64,000 bases of DNA, taken from NCBI GenBank assembly GCA_028716385.1, contig JAQUPX010000001.1, forward strand, positions 282,775-346,774, given 5' to 3'. Positions 46,985 to 58,200 of this stretch are shown here, piece by piece. This DNA comes from a bacterium (lineage in GTDB: Bacteria; Hydrothermota; UBA3073; JACQXS01; JAQTXJ01). Made by a program: the position numbers and the translations under genes. The number at the start of each line of letters is the position of its first letter. Positions within the stretch are counted from its first letter, which is position 1. The notes beneath the pieces were generated by a model, which worked only from the letters and a program-made list of their open reading frames with translations, ran no database searches and was not told the origin of the DNA.

Positions 46985-48568
46985 TTATTTCAATACTATA
47001 AATCTTTTATTTATGCAGTGGCCGTTGGATTCCAACCTGACAAAATATATCCCGCCGGATAACCCTTTTGTATCTATACTAACCGTATGTTCGCCTGCGC
47101 ACTGCTCTCCGCTGAAAATAGTCCTGACCGCTCTCCCGCTGACATTATAAACTTTCAACGAAAAACTACTTTTAACGGGGAGTTCGTAACTTATATTCGC
47201 AAACTTTGAAACGAGATTCGGATTTACCTTTAATTCCCCAATCCGAAATCCAAAATCCGAATTCGACGATTCTTCTACCGCATTTAACGAAACTTTCGAG
47301 TAATAAACATCGGGATTCTCCATAGAAATCGACAAAGCGCTCCATACTATGTGGAGATATCCCGAGCCGTCAATTGCTGCCGAAGGATACATAGAAGCAA
47401 AACCTCCCGTGCTGATAATATTAGAGCTCCACGATAGTCCGCTGTTCTTGGAATACTTTACCCCGATTTTCGGATAAGGTTCCCCCATTAAACTATCGTA
47501 TTGATAAACACCATAAACAACTGCAACAAAATTATCCCGGACATTAATTTGAGGTATCCCCATCCCGTATCCCCCCACAGCCAAAGTCTCTACTGCCGGA
47601 ATCAGACAAACAGGAGTTCCCCAACTTGCTCCTCCATTGGAGGAATATCTTATGTAATACGAAAAAACGGAATCTTGTTTCTCGCACTGTAACCACCCTA
47701 TATAAACCGAATTTCCGCTTGACGCAACCGACGGCAAAATAGAAATATCCGTATCCGTCGTAAGCCTGACATCGGACGCCCAGACTTTTCCGCTGTCCGT
47801 TGAGCGTTTATAATATATCTCTCCGAGCGAATCGTTTTTTGAATCCTGCCATACCAGATGCACAAGATTACCGGAAGCTGATATTACCGGGAAAGGCTCA
47901 CATAAAAGACCCATTTGAGGAGGCGTATGTGTTACACCGGCAGTTGTCAACTTTTCAACGGGATTTGACCACCCGGAACCGCTGTTGAAAGAATGAGTAT
48001 AAACAAAATCATAAGTGCTGTCGGTTTCTAGTTTCGTCCAGATTGAATGAACGGTATTATTCCCGGACGTCGCCATAGATACGAGTCCCAGCCCTTGAAT
48101 CGAGTCCGATTTGTACAACACGGTATCTTTCCATATACTTCCGCCATCTACGGAACGAGTATAATAAATACAATAATTATCGCCGACATTTTCGTATTTG
48201 GAATAAAATATATGAACGGCATCGAGATTGTTAGTTGCTATCGTAGGCCAAAACCCAAGGGAGTCGGCAAGCCTTACGGTATCGCCGAACGTTGTTCCTC
48301 CATCGGTAGAGCGTTTATAATAAAGATGTGTTGCCGAACTTTTAGCCTTGTTTTTTGAGAATAATTCTATTGATTTGTAGCCTGTAGTGTCTACGTCATC
48401 TATCCACACGATATGAACACGGTTTCGCGAATCCAAAGCAACGGAATGCTGGGAAAAAAGAGAACTCGCCGAACATCCCGGGGTGTTGCTTATATTCGTT
48501 GCGCTCTTATACGAAACAGTCAATCCACCCAAAAGGATGCTTACTAAAAAATATTTAATGTATACCAT
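46985..48568 (-). CDS. BNR/Asp-box repeat (sialidase-fold) protein with T9SS C-terminal tail
   Basis: 527 aa; Asp-box motifs STDGGTTF, SVDGGSIW, STDSGKVW, SSNGGASW, SKNSGLSW; C-terminal sorting tail. Confidence 0.65.
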   Translation of the reverse strand: MVYIKYFLVSILLGGLTVSYKSATNISNTPGCSASSLFSQHSVALDSRNRVHIVWIDDVDTTGYKSIELFSKNKAKSSATHLYYKRSTDGGTTFGDTVRLADSLGFWPTIATNNLDAVHIFYSKYENVGDNYCIYYTRSVDGGSIWKDTVLYKSDSIQGLGLVSMATSGNNTVHSIWTKLETDSTYDFVYTHSFNSGSGWSNPVEKLTTAGVTHTPPQMGLLCEPFPVISASGNLVHLVWQDSKNDSLGEIYYKRSTDSGKVWASDVRLTTDTDISILPSVASSGNSVYIGWLQCEKQDSVFSYYIRYSSNGGASWGTPVCLIPAVETLAVGGYGMGIPQINVRDNFVAVVYGVYQYDSLMGEPYPKIGVKYSKNSGLSWSSNIISTGGFASMYPSAAIDGSGYLHIVWSALSISMENPDVYYSKVSLNAVEESSNSDFGFRIGELKVNPNLVSKFANISYELPVKSSFSLKVYNVSGRAVRTIFSGEQCAGEHTVSIDTKGLSGGIYFVRLESNGHCINKRFIVLK

Positions 48569-48770
48569 TATTTCTCCTTGTCTTGTTTTTAAACTAGACC
48601 CTTACTCCATATCTTTGTTTGTTGGGGTTGTCAAGTGGAAAAAGAAGGGGAAAAGGAATAAATATTAATTTAGCAGTAACTTATAGCCTAGCCCAATGAA
48701 AGAGACTGCAGCAGAACCGGGTAAACCGCCTTTGGCAGAAAGCGGAGCGCCCCAACCTACCCTCTATTTT

Positions 48771-50516
48771 TCATTTTAATGGATTTGCTCCCCGATTTAT
48801 CAAAGCGTTGTAATATTTGTTTCGTCGGCAAAGTTCCTCGTGTGTTCCCGTATCTATTAAACTGCCCTCTGCCAACACAATAATTTCGTCTGCCAACTTT
48901 GCAACTGACGGGTGATGTGTTATGAAAATAACGATTCTATCCTTGAAACTATTCAATACATTTTGGAGCACTTTTTTCTCTGTTTCGGAATCCAATGAAG
49001 CCGTCGCTTCATCAAGCACTACGATGTCCCCGCCTTTTAAAAACATCCGCGCAAGTATGATTCGCTGGATTTGCCCCTCGCTTAGACCGAGCCCGTTTTC
49101 CCCAAGATAAGTGTTGTATCCCGATTTTGTTTCTTTGATAAATTCGTTTGCCGTTGCCAGAATGGATGCCTGCTCTATCCCACTCTCATCCGTTGTGGTT
49201 TTCGCAATCCGTATATTATCGGAAATGCTTTCGGAAAAAATGAAATCCGAAATCGAAGCAATGCTTATTCGTGACCTGATATAATCAACAGGCAACTTTT
49301 CATACGCAATATTATTGATGAGATATTGTCCTTTCTGAGGAGAATAAAGACCGGCAAGTATATTCGCAATCGTGGACTTTCCCGCTCCCGAACTTCCTAC
49401 TAAGGCATACACCCGCCCGGCAACGCACTCAAACGTAATCTCTTGTAAAGCAACCGTCTTATCGGGATAAGCATAACTTATATTGTCTAACTTAATTTGT
49501 GTTATCCTGTTCGGTAAAACTGTATTTTGCTGTAAGTCGTTGGATTCTGATGGCATCAAAAGATATTCCTGTAAACGTTTTATCGTGCCTTCAATAATAG
49601 GTAATTTGCCTCCGACATTGATTACATTAGTAAACGACCCTATAAATCGACTAGAATATAAATCAAGCGCTATCCATTGTCCTATCGTCATATTCCCTTT
49701 CAATACTAAATATCCACCGAACAAAAAAACCAATAATGTTGGCAGATACTCTAAAAACAATTCCTGGAATAAAGAGGGGTAATACTCGGCAACGGAGAGC
49801 TTAACGCTTTTGTTAATGTAATCCGTATATCGTTTTTTATATGTTTCCATACGGAATTTATGCGCGAGCCATAATTTAAGCGAGCGAAGTCCGGCAAGCG
49901 TTTCATAGCGAAAAGTTTCTATATCGCACGCCTGGTCGCGAACCGCAAAAACCTGCTCACGCATCCGGTCATAGTATTTCCCTATGAAAAAATATAACGG
50001 AAAGAAGACAACCGCTATAATAACGGCAATCCAGATATTTACCGTTAGCGCATAAACGATTGCCCATATTGCGGTAACTATCTGGCTGACTAAACGGGAA
50101 CTAATATGTTCATAAAAATTCATTACGCTTTCGGTATCTTTTTTAATTCTGTTCGCATGGAAACTGCCGGGTTTTTGCCCGAGCGATTGCACGGATACGT
50201 CCAGAATTTTACTCAGTATTTGATTGTCCAATGCGCAGGTTAAAGTAAGTTTCACCCGCCCCTGCAATAGCGTAATAATATATTGCGCAAGAAGAATCCC
50301 TCCAATATTCAGCGCCAGAACCCCGACAAACGGATACAACATAGCAAGGCTTTTACTCGGGACGATGGTATCGATAAAATATTTCGCATAAAGGGGCAGC
50401 GCCATATAAAGGCAATCCAGTATTATCTGTAAGATTACTATTAACAGCGTTTTGTTTCCCTGTGTAGAGATAAGACTTTTATAAAACGCCGTTATTTTAC
50501 GAATGTCGTTTATCAT
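48771..50516 (-). CDS. ABC exporter, fused permease-ATPase
   Basis: 581 aa; hydrophobic N-terminal half; Walker A GSSGAGKST; signature LSEGQIQRIILARMF; Walker B VVLDEATASLD. Confidence 0.8.
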   Translation of the reverse strand: MINDIRKITAFYKSLISTQGNKTLLIVILQIILDCLYMALPLYAKYFIDTIVPSKSLAMLYPFVGVLALNIGGILLAQYIITLLQGRVKLTLTCALDNQILSKILDVSVQSLGQKPGSFHANRIKKDTESVMNFYEHISSRLVSQIVTAIWAIVYALTVNIWIAVIIAVVFFPLYFFIGKYYDRMREQVFAVRDQACDIETFRYETLAGLRSLKLWLAHKFRMETYKKRYTDYINKSVKLSVAEYYPSLFQELFLEYLPTLLVFLFGGYLVLKGNMTIGQWIALDLYSSRFIGSFTNVINVGGKLPIIEGTIKRLQEYLLMPSESNDLQQNTVLPNRITQIKLDNISYAYPDKTVALQEITFECVAGRVYALVGSSGAGKSTIANILAGLYSPQKGQYLINNIAYEKLPVDYIRSRISIASISDFIFSESISDNIRIAKTTTDESGIEQASILATANEFIKETKSGYNTYLGENGLGLSEGQIQRIILARMFLKGGDIVVLDEATASLDSETEKKVLQNVLNSFKDRIVIFITHHPSVAKLADEIIVLAEGSLIDTGTHEELCRRNKYYNALINRGANPLK

Positions 50517-50553
50517 AATTACTTACGAAATATAACTATTTCAGGATTATTTT

Positions 50554-51993
50554 TTAGACAAGATATTTATTAAGTCTTGCAATAAAAGGTTCAAAAAAGA
50601 AATCCTTGATTCCCATACTTTGTAAAATTTCAAATAGAGTATGTTTTTTCCCGATTTTCCAAAGGTTTTTCAAAAAATTACCTGCCGCAGGATCATTAAA
50701 CCATTTCTCCCCATAATTTTTTTCAAGATAAGCAGAGAAAACGGGTTCAAATAACGCAGATTTTATATAGTTTATGATTTCAAACGCCGGATCAATGCTT
50801 CTCAAATACATAGCTTCCGGGAATTCTCCCTTACACGCATTAGACAAAATGTTTTTATAAAGCTCGCCCTTCCCTTTTAATTCTTCTGTTTTACGAAGCT
50901 CAATTTCGTAAATAAACTCGGCAGCCCATTGACGCAAAAGGGAAAGGTCGCGGAAAAACATTAATCGCAAAAACTTTTCAGGTTTCTTTATGCCTAATGC
51001 GGAAAACAACCAATGCGGATTATAAATAAGATGATCAAATGTTGCGGCAAATCCCTCTTCGACTGAATTATCCCCCAATCGCATATACTCAAAAGGAGTA
51101 TGTTCATCCATATGTATATTTGAAAGGGCATGCCCCAATTCATGCAGAAATGCTCCATAAGTTCTGTATGATATTCCCAATGGGGCAATAACTAAAAAGA
51201 TTTTAGAAGGAATTTCAATCGGCGCACAAAAACCGTTCCCTGCTTTTTTCTCTCTCGTGTCTGTGTCAAACTTAATATTATTTTCTCCACTATAACCTAT
51301 ATCCATATCTTCAAGTAATTTTTTAATAATATTAACCATTGCGTCTTCAGGAAACAAAGAACTGAAAGTCTCAGGTTTTCCGTACTCTATCTTAATTGCT
51401 TTATCATAAATATCTTGAGTTTTTTTCAAAAAGTCTTGCATTGACTCCGAAAGTTTGTATAAATCTATACCACTAATAGTCTGAAACATAGAAATGTAAT
51501 TACTAAATCCCAGCTCTTCGGGTATTTTCATTGTTCTTTTATGAATATCCTCAAGAGACGGATTAATTTTATCCATAATTTTTATTTTCTCTTCCGTCCA
51601 CCAGGTTTTTAAGTATGAATTTTTATTGCTCATCATTTCTATTTGAGCAGCATAATAGGAAACCTTTCTTCCATCAGGAAAAATAACTGTAGCATCGGAT
51701 TCTATGTTGTCGGCATTATCATTAAGTTCTTTTACTTGCATTTGTTCATAATTATTAATAAGAAATTCAAGAATATACCGGATGCTTTTTTTCTCTTCTT
51801 CTCCCGCTTTATTCATAAACTCTATTACGGATTCTATTGTTTCTTTTGAACTCAAAACACTATATTTTTCGTATATTGCAGAAAAATTACTTTCGTCTTT
51901 CTGCCCGGACCATACGAGATATCTTTCCTGATATATTTCTCTAAAAAACTCTTCCCCTTTTTCTCTGATTGTTTGCACACTGATTTTTAACAT
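50554..51993 (-). CDS. zinc metallopeptidase (HExxH gluzincin-type; family not resolved)
   Basis: 479 aa; FLHELGHAL followed by a downstream Glu (EEGFAATF); no signal peptide seen. Confidence 0.55.
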   Translation of the reverse strand: MLKISVQTIREKGEEFFREIYQERYLVWSGQKDESNFSAIYEKYSVLSSKETIESVIEFMNKAGEEEKKSIRYILEFLINNYEQMQVKELNDNADNIESDATVIFPDGRKVSYYAAQIEMMSNKNSYLKTWWTEEKIKIMDKINPSLEDIHKRTMKIPEELGFSNYISMFQTISGIDLYKLSESMQDFLKKTQDIYDKAIKIEYGKPETFSSLFPEDAMVNIIKKLLEDMDIGYSGENNIKFDTDTREKKAGNGFCAPIEIPSKIFLVIAPLGISYRTYGAFLHELGHALSNIHMDEHTPFEYMRLGDNSVEEGFAATFDHLIYNPHWLFSALGIKKPEKFLRLMFFRDLSLLRQWAAEFIYEIELRKTEELKGKGELYKNILSNACKGEFPEAMYLRSIDPAFEIINYIKSALFEPVFSAYLEKNYGEKWFNDPAAGNFLKNLWKIGKKHTLFEILQSMGIKDFFFEPFIARLNKYLV

Positions 51994-52067
51994 TACTTCC
52001 CTCCCGGGATTTTCAATTAATTGTTTTTACAAAAATTGCAACTACAAGTGCCCCAGCCTACCCAACT

Positions 52068-52634
52068 TTATTTACAAAGCGCATCCTTCATTTCCTTTTC
52101 TATGTCAAAAACATTTTCTGACGTTAAAAGAACATTCGCCGTCTTTCCCTCTTTTAATTCTACGAGAATATACCAAACAAAAGTAATACCCTCTGTTGTC
52201 GTTCTCATTTTTGTAACTATCCATTTTTTTGCGCCCGGTTTCGGAACACCGTAAGACGTTTCCCCGAATCCGTTCATCCCGCCTTTCTTTGTCTCCCCTA
52301 TGAGTAAATCAATATCCGTTCCCTTAACCTTTGCGAAACATCCATCCCACAAAGCTCCCCATTTTAAAAGAGTGTCTTCCCTGCACTTTCCTTCCGATAG
52401 CCATTTTCTATACTTAATTTTGTTTTCTTTGAGTTTGTATCTCAATGCCGGTAGCGGGTCTTTATCAAATATTGCAAATTGCACAACATTAGGTTCTAAA
52501 GAGGTAGCGCCTAAACTTACAAATATCCCATATGCTTTTTGCAAGCCTGTTTCTAAGTATTCTATTTCAGTACTCGCTTTAACTTCTACCGTTATCCACC
52601 CCGTTATTACTAAAATCCATATCCACTTTTTCAT
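52068..52634 (-). CDS. secreted hypothetical protein
   Basis: 188 aa; signal-like MKKWIWILVITGWITVEVKAS. Confidence 0.45.
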   Translation of the reverse strand: MKKWIWILVITGWITVEVKASTEIEYLETGLQKAYGIFVSLGATSLEPNVVQFAIFDKDPLPALRYKLKENKIKYRKWLSEGKCREDTLLKWGALWDGCFAKVKGTDIDLLIGETKKGGMNGFGETSYGVPKPGAKKWIVTKMRTTTEGITFVWYILVELKEGKTANVLLTSENVFDIEKEMKDALCK

Positions 52635-52718
52635 ATTTTCTCCCTTCCAAAATATTCATAACTACTTAATCAAATATAACTAATTTTTTCAATTGTCAAA
52701 GGATATGATACCAACTTG

Positions 52719-53192
52719 TTAGTCCATCTTTGCGCCTTTGCGACTTAGCGTGAGATATTCTGTTATTTTTTCCATCTCTTTTTGAAACTCGGCAATTGGT
52801 TCTCTATAAGACGCTTTTAACAGAATCTTTCCTTCCCGGTTTACAAAAATTTTCGCAGGCGTCTCCTCGAACCCAAGTTTTTTCTTTGCCGATAAGTCCT
52901 TATCGAACAAAACAAGAAAATTGATTTTGGCATTCCTGACCCAGTCCACTAATTCTCTTTCGCTCACGTGATACGCAATCCCGATTACCCGGATATTTTC
53001 GTCTTTGGCAATCTCCGGCCAGACCCACCGTTCTGCAATGCAAGGCAAACTATCAAGTAACGAGAAATAAATAAACAACGTATGCTTTTTTTCTTTCAGT
53101 AGTTCCGAAACGTTTCTTTCTTTTCCCGTTAAATCGGGCAGCGAAAAAAACGGAATGCAAGATTCTTTGTTTTTCATTATATATTCATACAA
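52719..53192 (-). CDS. thioredoxin-fold (redoxin/TlpA-like) protein
   Basis: 157 aa; weak resemblance to redoxin-family proteins (ETPAKIFVNREGKIL) with a single Cys in LDSLPCIAERW; no CxxC; start overlaps upstream gene by 16 nt. Confidence 0.4.
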   Translation of the reverse strand: MYEYIMKNKESCIPFFSLPDLTGKERNVSELLKEKKHTLFIYFSLLDSLPCIAERWVWPEIAKDENIRVIGIAYHVSERELVDWVRNAKINFLVLFDKDLSAKKKLGFEETPAKIFVNREGKILLKASYREPIAEFQKEMEKITEYLTLSRKGAKMD

Positions 53193-54100
53193 TACTTTAC
53201 AATAAAATACTTCTGCGAATCTTCGGTTTTTTCTTCCCTGAGAAAATACACGAACCCGTTTTCATCCGCGCAAAGTAATTTGTCATTTGTCTTAAAATTG
53301 CCAACGAATTTTCCGCCTATAGTCCAAACGTCTATTACGTATTTTTCTTTAATTTCTTCTACCAAATCATTCATATTCAATTGTAAAAAAATCAGTTTGT
53401 CTTTTGGAGAGGTGCATATTTTTATTACTTGTGTCCAGGAACGTGCCCATTTTTCTATGTTGCCTTCCATACAGTTCCCGGGATATTTCAGTTTAGGGGA
53501 AACAAAATATTCAGGCTCTTCCCCCAAAGTTCTTATTAACTTACCCTCTAAACTATATTCCCAAATCTTATAATCACCTACTTGAACGACAAACAAACTA
53601 TCCTTATATAAATCAAAAAATACTCCCAGTATTTCAAAATCTATGGAAGTTGGGCTTTTAGGGCAGAATGAATATAGAAATTCGCCCCTTAAAGAAAGAG
53701 TATGTATGTAAGTTTGTGTAGCAGGATTTGATGCTCCCGCGAATATAAGTTCTTTTGCAACCCGTATTGTAAATGGTTGTGTATGGTATTCCGTAAAGAT
53801 AAAAGAATTGGTGAGTTCCCCGTCAGGACTGAAAGCGCTTAACCTTCTTATGGCGTGGTCGGTTATATAAAAATTTCCTTTTTCGTCTTTTGTTATTGCG
53901 TTCGGCAGTTGAAACTCTCCCGGCTTCAATCCTTCTTTTCCTATCGTTTTGATTAGTTTCCCGTCTTTGTTGAATATCAAAAATCGTTTGCCGTGCATAT
54001 CCGTTATCCCAAATCTTCCTTGCGAATCCACTACCATACCCGTTAAAGATAACGTTTGCGTTTCTAAAGGAATAATCGTTTTCAAGTTAAAAATATCCAT
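53177..54100 (-). CDS. NHL-type / six-bladed beta-propeller repeat protein
   Basis: 307 aa; repeated GxxxLxxPxGITxDxxGxxYITD-like units (GRFGITDMHGKRFLIFN, FQLPNAITKDEKGNFYITDH). Confidence 0.5.
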   Translation of the reverse strand: MDIFNLKTIIPLETQTLSLTGMVVDSQGRFGITDMHGKRFLIFNKDGKLIKTIGKEGLKPGEFQLPNAITKDEKGNFYITDHAIRRLSAFSPDGELTNSFIFTEYHTQPFTIRVAKELIFAGASNPATQTYIHTLSLRGEFLYSFCPKSPTSIDFEILGVFFDLYKDSLFVVQVGDYKIWEYSLEGKLIRTLGEEPEYFVSPKLKYPGNCMEGNIEKWARSWTQVIKICTSPKDKLIFLQLNMNDLVEEIKEKYVIDVWTIGGKFVGNFKTNDKLLCADENGFVYFLREEKTEDSQKYFIVKYCMNI

Positions 54101-54307
54101 AACAATATAGTTTTCTCCCTATTGGGTAGATAGGGCTTTAATGCCCTATCTTATTCTATGATATTCTTAATCAAATATAACTATTTTTTTCAATTGTCAA
54201 AGAATATGGTACCAACTTCTAATCCGTTTTTGTAAATTACCCCGTCCTTTAGGGCGGGGGCGTGAACCTAAAACAAAATATTTTCTTGGGCTTTAGCCCG
54301 AAATTAC

Positions 54308-55042
54308 CTACCTTTTCTGACAAATAAATATCGCCCGCGTTGTTTCCGCATCTACCTTTTTATCTTTTTTGTCTTCCACATCCCATACCTCTTTTATCGT
54401 AAACCCGCTTTTTTCAATCAAAGAACTTATCTCCGCAACTTCATAGCGTCTCTGGATGTGTGTTTCTTTATACGCTTTTCCCTTGAAGTTTAGAATAAGG
54501 TCCAGCGTCTTTATTTTTGTCGTCTCGTTGTAAGATGGAGATATTGTCACTCCAAAAGTATCAAACTTCGCATTAAATTTCACCGAGAATTTTTTCCCCT
54601 GGTATGGAGTAGTTATGTCAAATATGAAGTGTCCGTTTTCGTTTAGGCGGGCATACACATTATTGAAAACCTTTGTCATATCTTTTCTCAGGAGAATATA
54701 ATTTATGGCGTCAAAGTTACAGGTTGCCAAATCGAAGTAATCACGGAGTTGAATTTCTCTCATATCCCGGACAAAAAAATTACATAAGAGGCGTTGTTTT
54801 TTCGTTTTTATTTTTGCTAAACGTATCATTTCGGGAGACGAATCTATCCCCGTTCCCGTCCATCCGTTCTTTACCATTTCCAGAAGAAACGTTCCTGTCC
54901 CGCACCCGATATCCAGAAGTTTTTTGTTGTTTCCCGTTGTTGAACCGAAATAATCGTTGAGTAGTTTTATGGTTACTTGGTGTAACTCTTTGTATAAAAC
55001 ATCATACACCTGCGAGAGATATTTGTAAGGATTATTTAACAT
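54308..55042 (-). CDS. class I SAM-dependent methyltransferase
   Basis: 244 aa; motif I LLDIGCGTGTF; architecture parallels the methyltransferase at 28273-29046. Confidence 0.7.
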   Translation of the reverse strand: MLNNPYKYLSQVYDVLYKELHQVTIKLLNDYFGSTTGNNKKLLDIGCGTGTFLLEMVKNGWTGTGIDSSPEMIRLAKIKTKKQRLLCNFFVRDMREIQLRDYFDLATCNFDAINYILLRKDMTKVFNNVYARLNENGHFIFDITTPYQGKKFSVKFNAKFDTFGVTISPSYNETTKIKTLDLILNFKGKAYKETHIQRRYEVAEISSLIEKSGFTIKEVWDVEDKKDKKVDAETTRAIFICQKR

Positions 55043-55288
55043 TGTTTTTTATTCTTGTGTTTTATCATAAAACATATTCTTTGTCAAAGATATTCAGGAC
55101 GGAAATTTAAAAAACGTCTTCCCGCCGGTTTGCCTATTAGTAGGTAAAATTGTAGGGGCGACTCGCCGAGTCGCCAGTTTACAATGCCTGAGCCGGGTAT
55201 GATTTTCTAAAACAAAAGCCCTCCCCGAATAACGGGGAGGGCTTCTGCGTTATTATCTGTGTCTATCCTTGTCCATCTGTGTTTTGTA

Positions 55289-58200
55289 TCATTTCATCAA
55301 TATGAGTTTCTTTGTCTCTTTGTATTCACCAGCTTTAAACTTCGCAAAGTATATACCCGTCGGATAGTTCCTTGATTCAAGAGTTTCCTTGTAACAACCC
55401 GGTACTTTCTCTCCATCTACCAATGTCTTTATGCATCGTCCTGTAAGGTCGTAAAGTTTTAAAGAAACTTTGCTAGTTTTCGGTAGTGAATATTGAATCG
55501 TTGTTCTGTCCCTAAATGGATTAGGATAATTTTGATAGAGCTTGAATACAAGCGGTTTAGACATAGTTCCTTGCGATCCGCCGCTTCCAAGTTCAGCTCT
55601 GCAAATCTTTCCTTCGCCCCCATCTGTCGCATTATCAGGACCTATTCCTTGAGTTACCAAAACATTTCCCGTGAAAGTCTCTACATTTCTTATAAGTGCG
55701 ATTCTCCCGCCTGCCGATCCACCACCGTCCGCTTGTGTATTATTTGCTCCGTCATTTCCTTTTGCTTCTATGTTCCCTTCACCTTTTAATGAATCACAGC
55801 TTATAAAAATCGAGCCACCGCTTCCGGCACCGCCTGCATATCCACTTGCATATTTATATCCAGCTTCTCCATTTACTGAAACTACTCCGTCAATTGTTAT
55901 CACATTTGCTGAAAGTTTTAATCTTCCTCCACCGGAACCTCCCGGGGCTACTGTATAGTTATTTCCAGCGCCTCCGCCGGAACCAAGAGATGTAGGATTA
56001 AGAGAATCTGCTTCACCATAAGCAACTCCACCGGATATTCCGCTTTCTCCGTTTCCCCCTGTGTTTCCGTAACCTGCTCCGCCGGCACCCGCTCCATTCA
56101 ATCCGTTTGTGCCTTTCCCGGTTCCGTTTGATGTTAAATAGCCTTTTTTATCTGCACTTATCACTGCTCCCGAACCGACAGTTATCTCATTTGCTATAAT
56201 AGAAGCATTACCTAATACGGAATCTCCGGAATCAAGCTGGAATTTTACATTGCTGAAACTTGCTCCGTTAACAAACGAAAGCCTGTCATGTGAGCCTATT
56301 GTCGTATTTACCGGAGAAACAAGCAATTCTACGTTTCCGTTAGATTGAGCTACTTTTATTATTCCGCTCTGTCCGTCTTGTGCCTTATCCGGATAAATAG
56401 AGCCTGCCCCAACGCCACCGCTTGCCAATAACTTTCCACTAAAAGATGAATTCCTGTAATCAATTTGAAGCCTTCCCGCGCTTCCGCCTCCACCCTGTGC
56501 TGTGCTTCTATATGCGCCATTTCCTCCGTTTGTTTCTGCAATTCCGCTCCCTGCAATTGAATCGCAAGTTATCCAAATTGAACCTGCTCCACCGCCACCG
56601 CCGGCATAAGACGAGCCGCCTGCTTCTCCATCCGTTCCATTAGATTCTATTTTCCCTGAAAGCGTTAATGTCGCTGTTGAGAGTTTAATTAAACCGCCTC
56701 CTGCTCCACCCCAAGCCGAATAAGAGCTTCCGTTTCCGCCACCACAGCCAAGGTAAGCCATTGGAGAAAGAGTATCAGGATAAGCGGCTCCGCCTGATAT
56801 TTCTGTTTCTCCTAAACCGCCTTGCCCACAGCACGCTCCACCGCCTGCGCCTGCACCATTTGTGCCATTTGTGCCTTTGCCCGGTCCACTGGCTTTCGGA
56901 TTTCCCTTGCCTGTAGAGCTTAAAGTTCCTAATAGTTGCATTGTTTGAGCTTCCACGTCTATGATACCTGTAGTAGAATCAGTGCCATTAAATGCAACGC
57001 TATTCATCGTAGCGCCTGAATTTATCTTAAATAAGTTTATGTTATAATGTCTACCTGAAACGAGTCTTGTGCTGTCCGTTGTCCATACCCAATCAGTCCC
57101 GCCGTGATTTGTTCCACCAAGTCCTACGCTTAACTGGAAGTGACGCACTCCACCTGCACCTGAATTATAAACATAGTTTGGATTAGTGCGTAAGTTCTGT
57201 GTAGCCCCATTCCCAAGATCAAGCAAATATATGCCGTATCCCGAAGGCACATCGGACGGTAAAATGTTAAGTGTTATATTTTCGTTTGATTTATCCGTAT
57301 TGACTTCAAAGTTCCATACCATTGTGGAATCCGTAAGGTCAACCGTTTCTCTTACATCCTGACAGAACTTATCTCCTAAAGGATGATTCCATTCGGAATG
57401 AGGAAAATAGAGGTGTACATAATTGGAAGGGGGAGTAGAATATTTTGGAATGTCATATCCTTCGTCACAACTGTCAGAAGCTTCTCCAAGCACTCCTGCG
57501 TAATTTGAAATATCTTCGGCAAAGTTGGAAGTTGCTTTGACCTGGAGTTTCCAGTCGAGAGGTAGAATAGTTTTTATCGGCATAAAAGTACTATATCCGG
57601 AAACGGTACCTGCTATGGTAGCGGAATCGCTGTTCTCCCAGTAATTATTCTGAGCGATAATCGTATCTCCGGATGTGTTTACAAAATTCCATAACCCATT
57701 AGCATAAATGTTATTATTCCCGGGATTGTATTCCGCATTGGAATAAGTAGCATTACCAAAATTAATTCCTGTTCCTGTATTGGTAAATACTCCAATTGAG
57801 TCATTCGCAACTATTGTATTTTCCCTGCCGAGTAGGGAGGAATTATATGCTTTTATACCTATTCTGTTATGATGAATCGTACTTTTCCATACTTCCCCGT
57901 AAGGTGAATTATCATAGAGAATTCCGGCTTGTTTACAATTCTCTATTTCAAAACCACGTATTGTAATGTACTGTTTATTGCTTACATTAAATCCATAATC
58001 CCTTGTATTGTCTCCGGTAATGACAACTCTTTCTCCTTCGGCAGCAAGATAAACAATTCTTCCGTCGTCGGGATCTCCTGCGTTTTGGGGAGTTACGGTC
58101 TCGTGATAAGTGCCACCCTTTACGATAACGGCTTCACCGGGTTGAAGAGTGTTAGCGGCTTTTTGAATAGTTGCCCATGGTGATGTTTCAGTCCCCGAAT

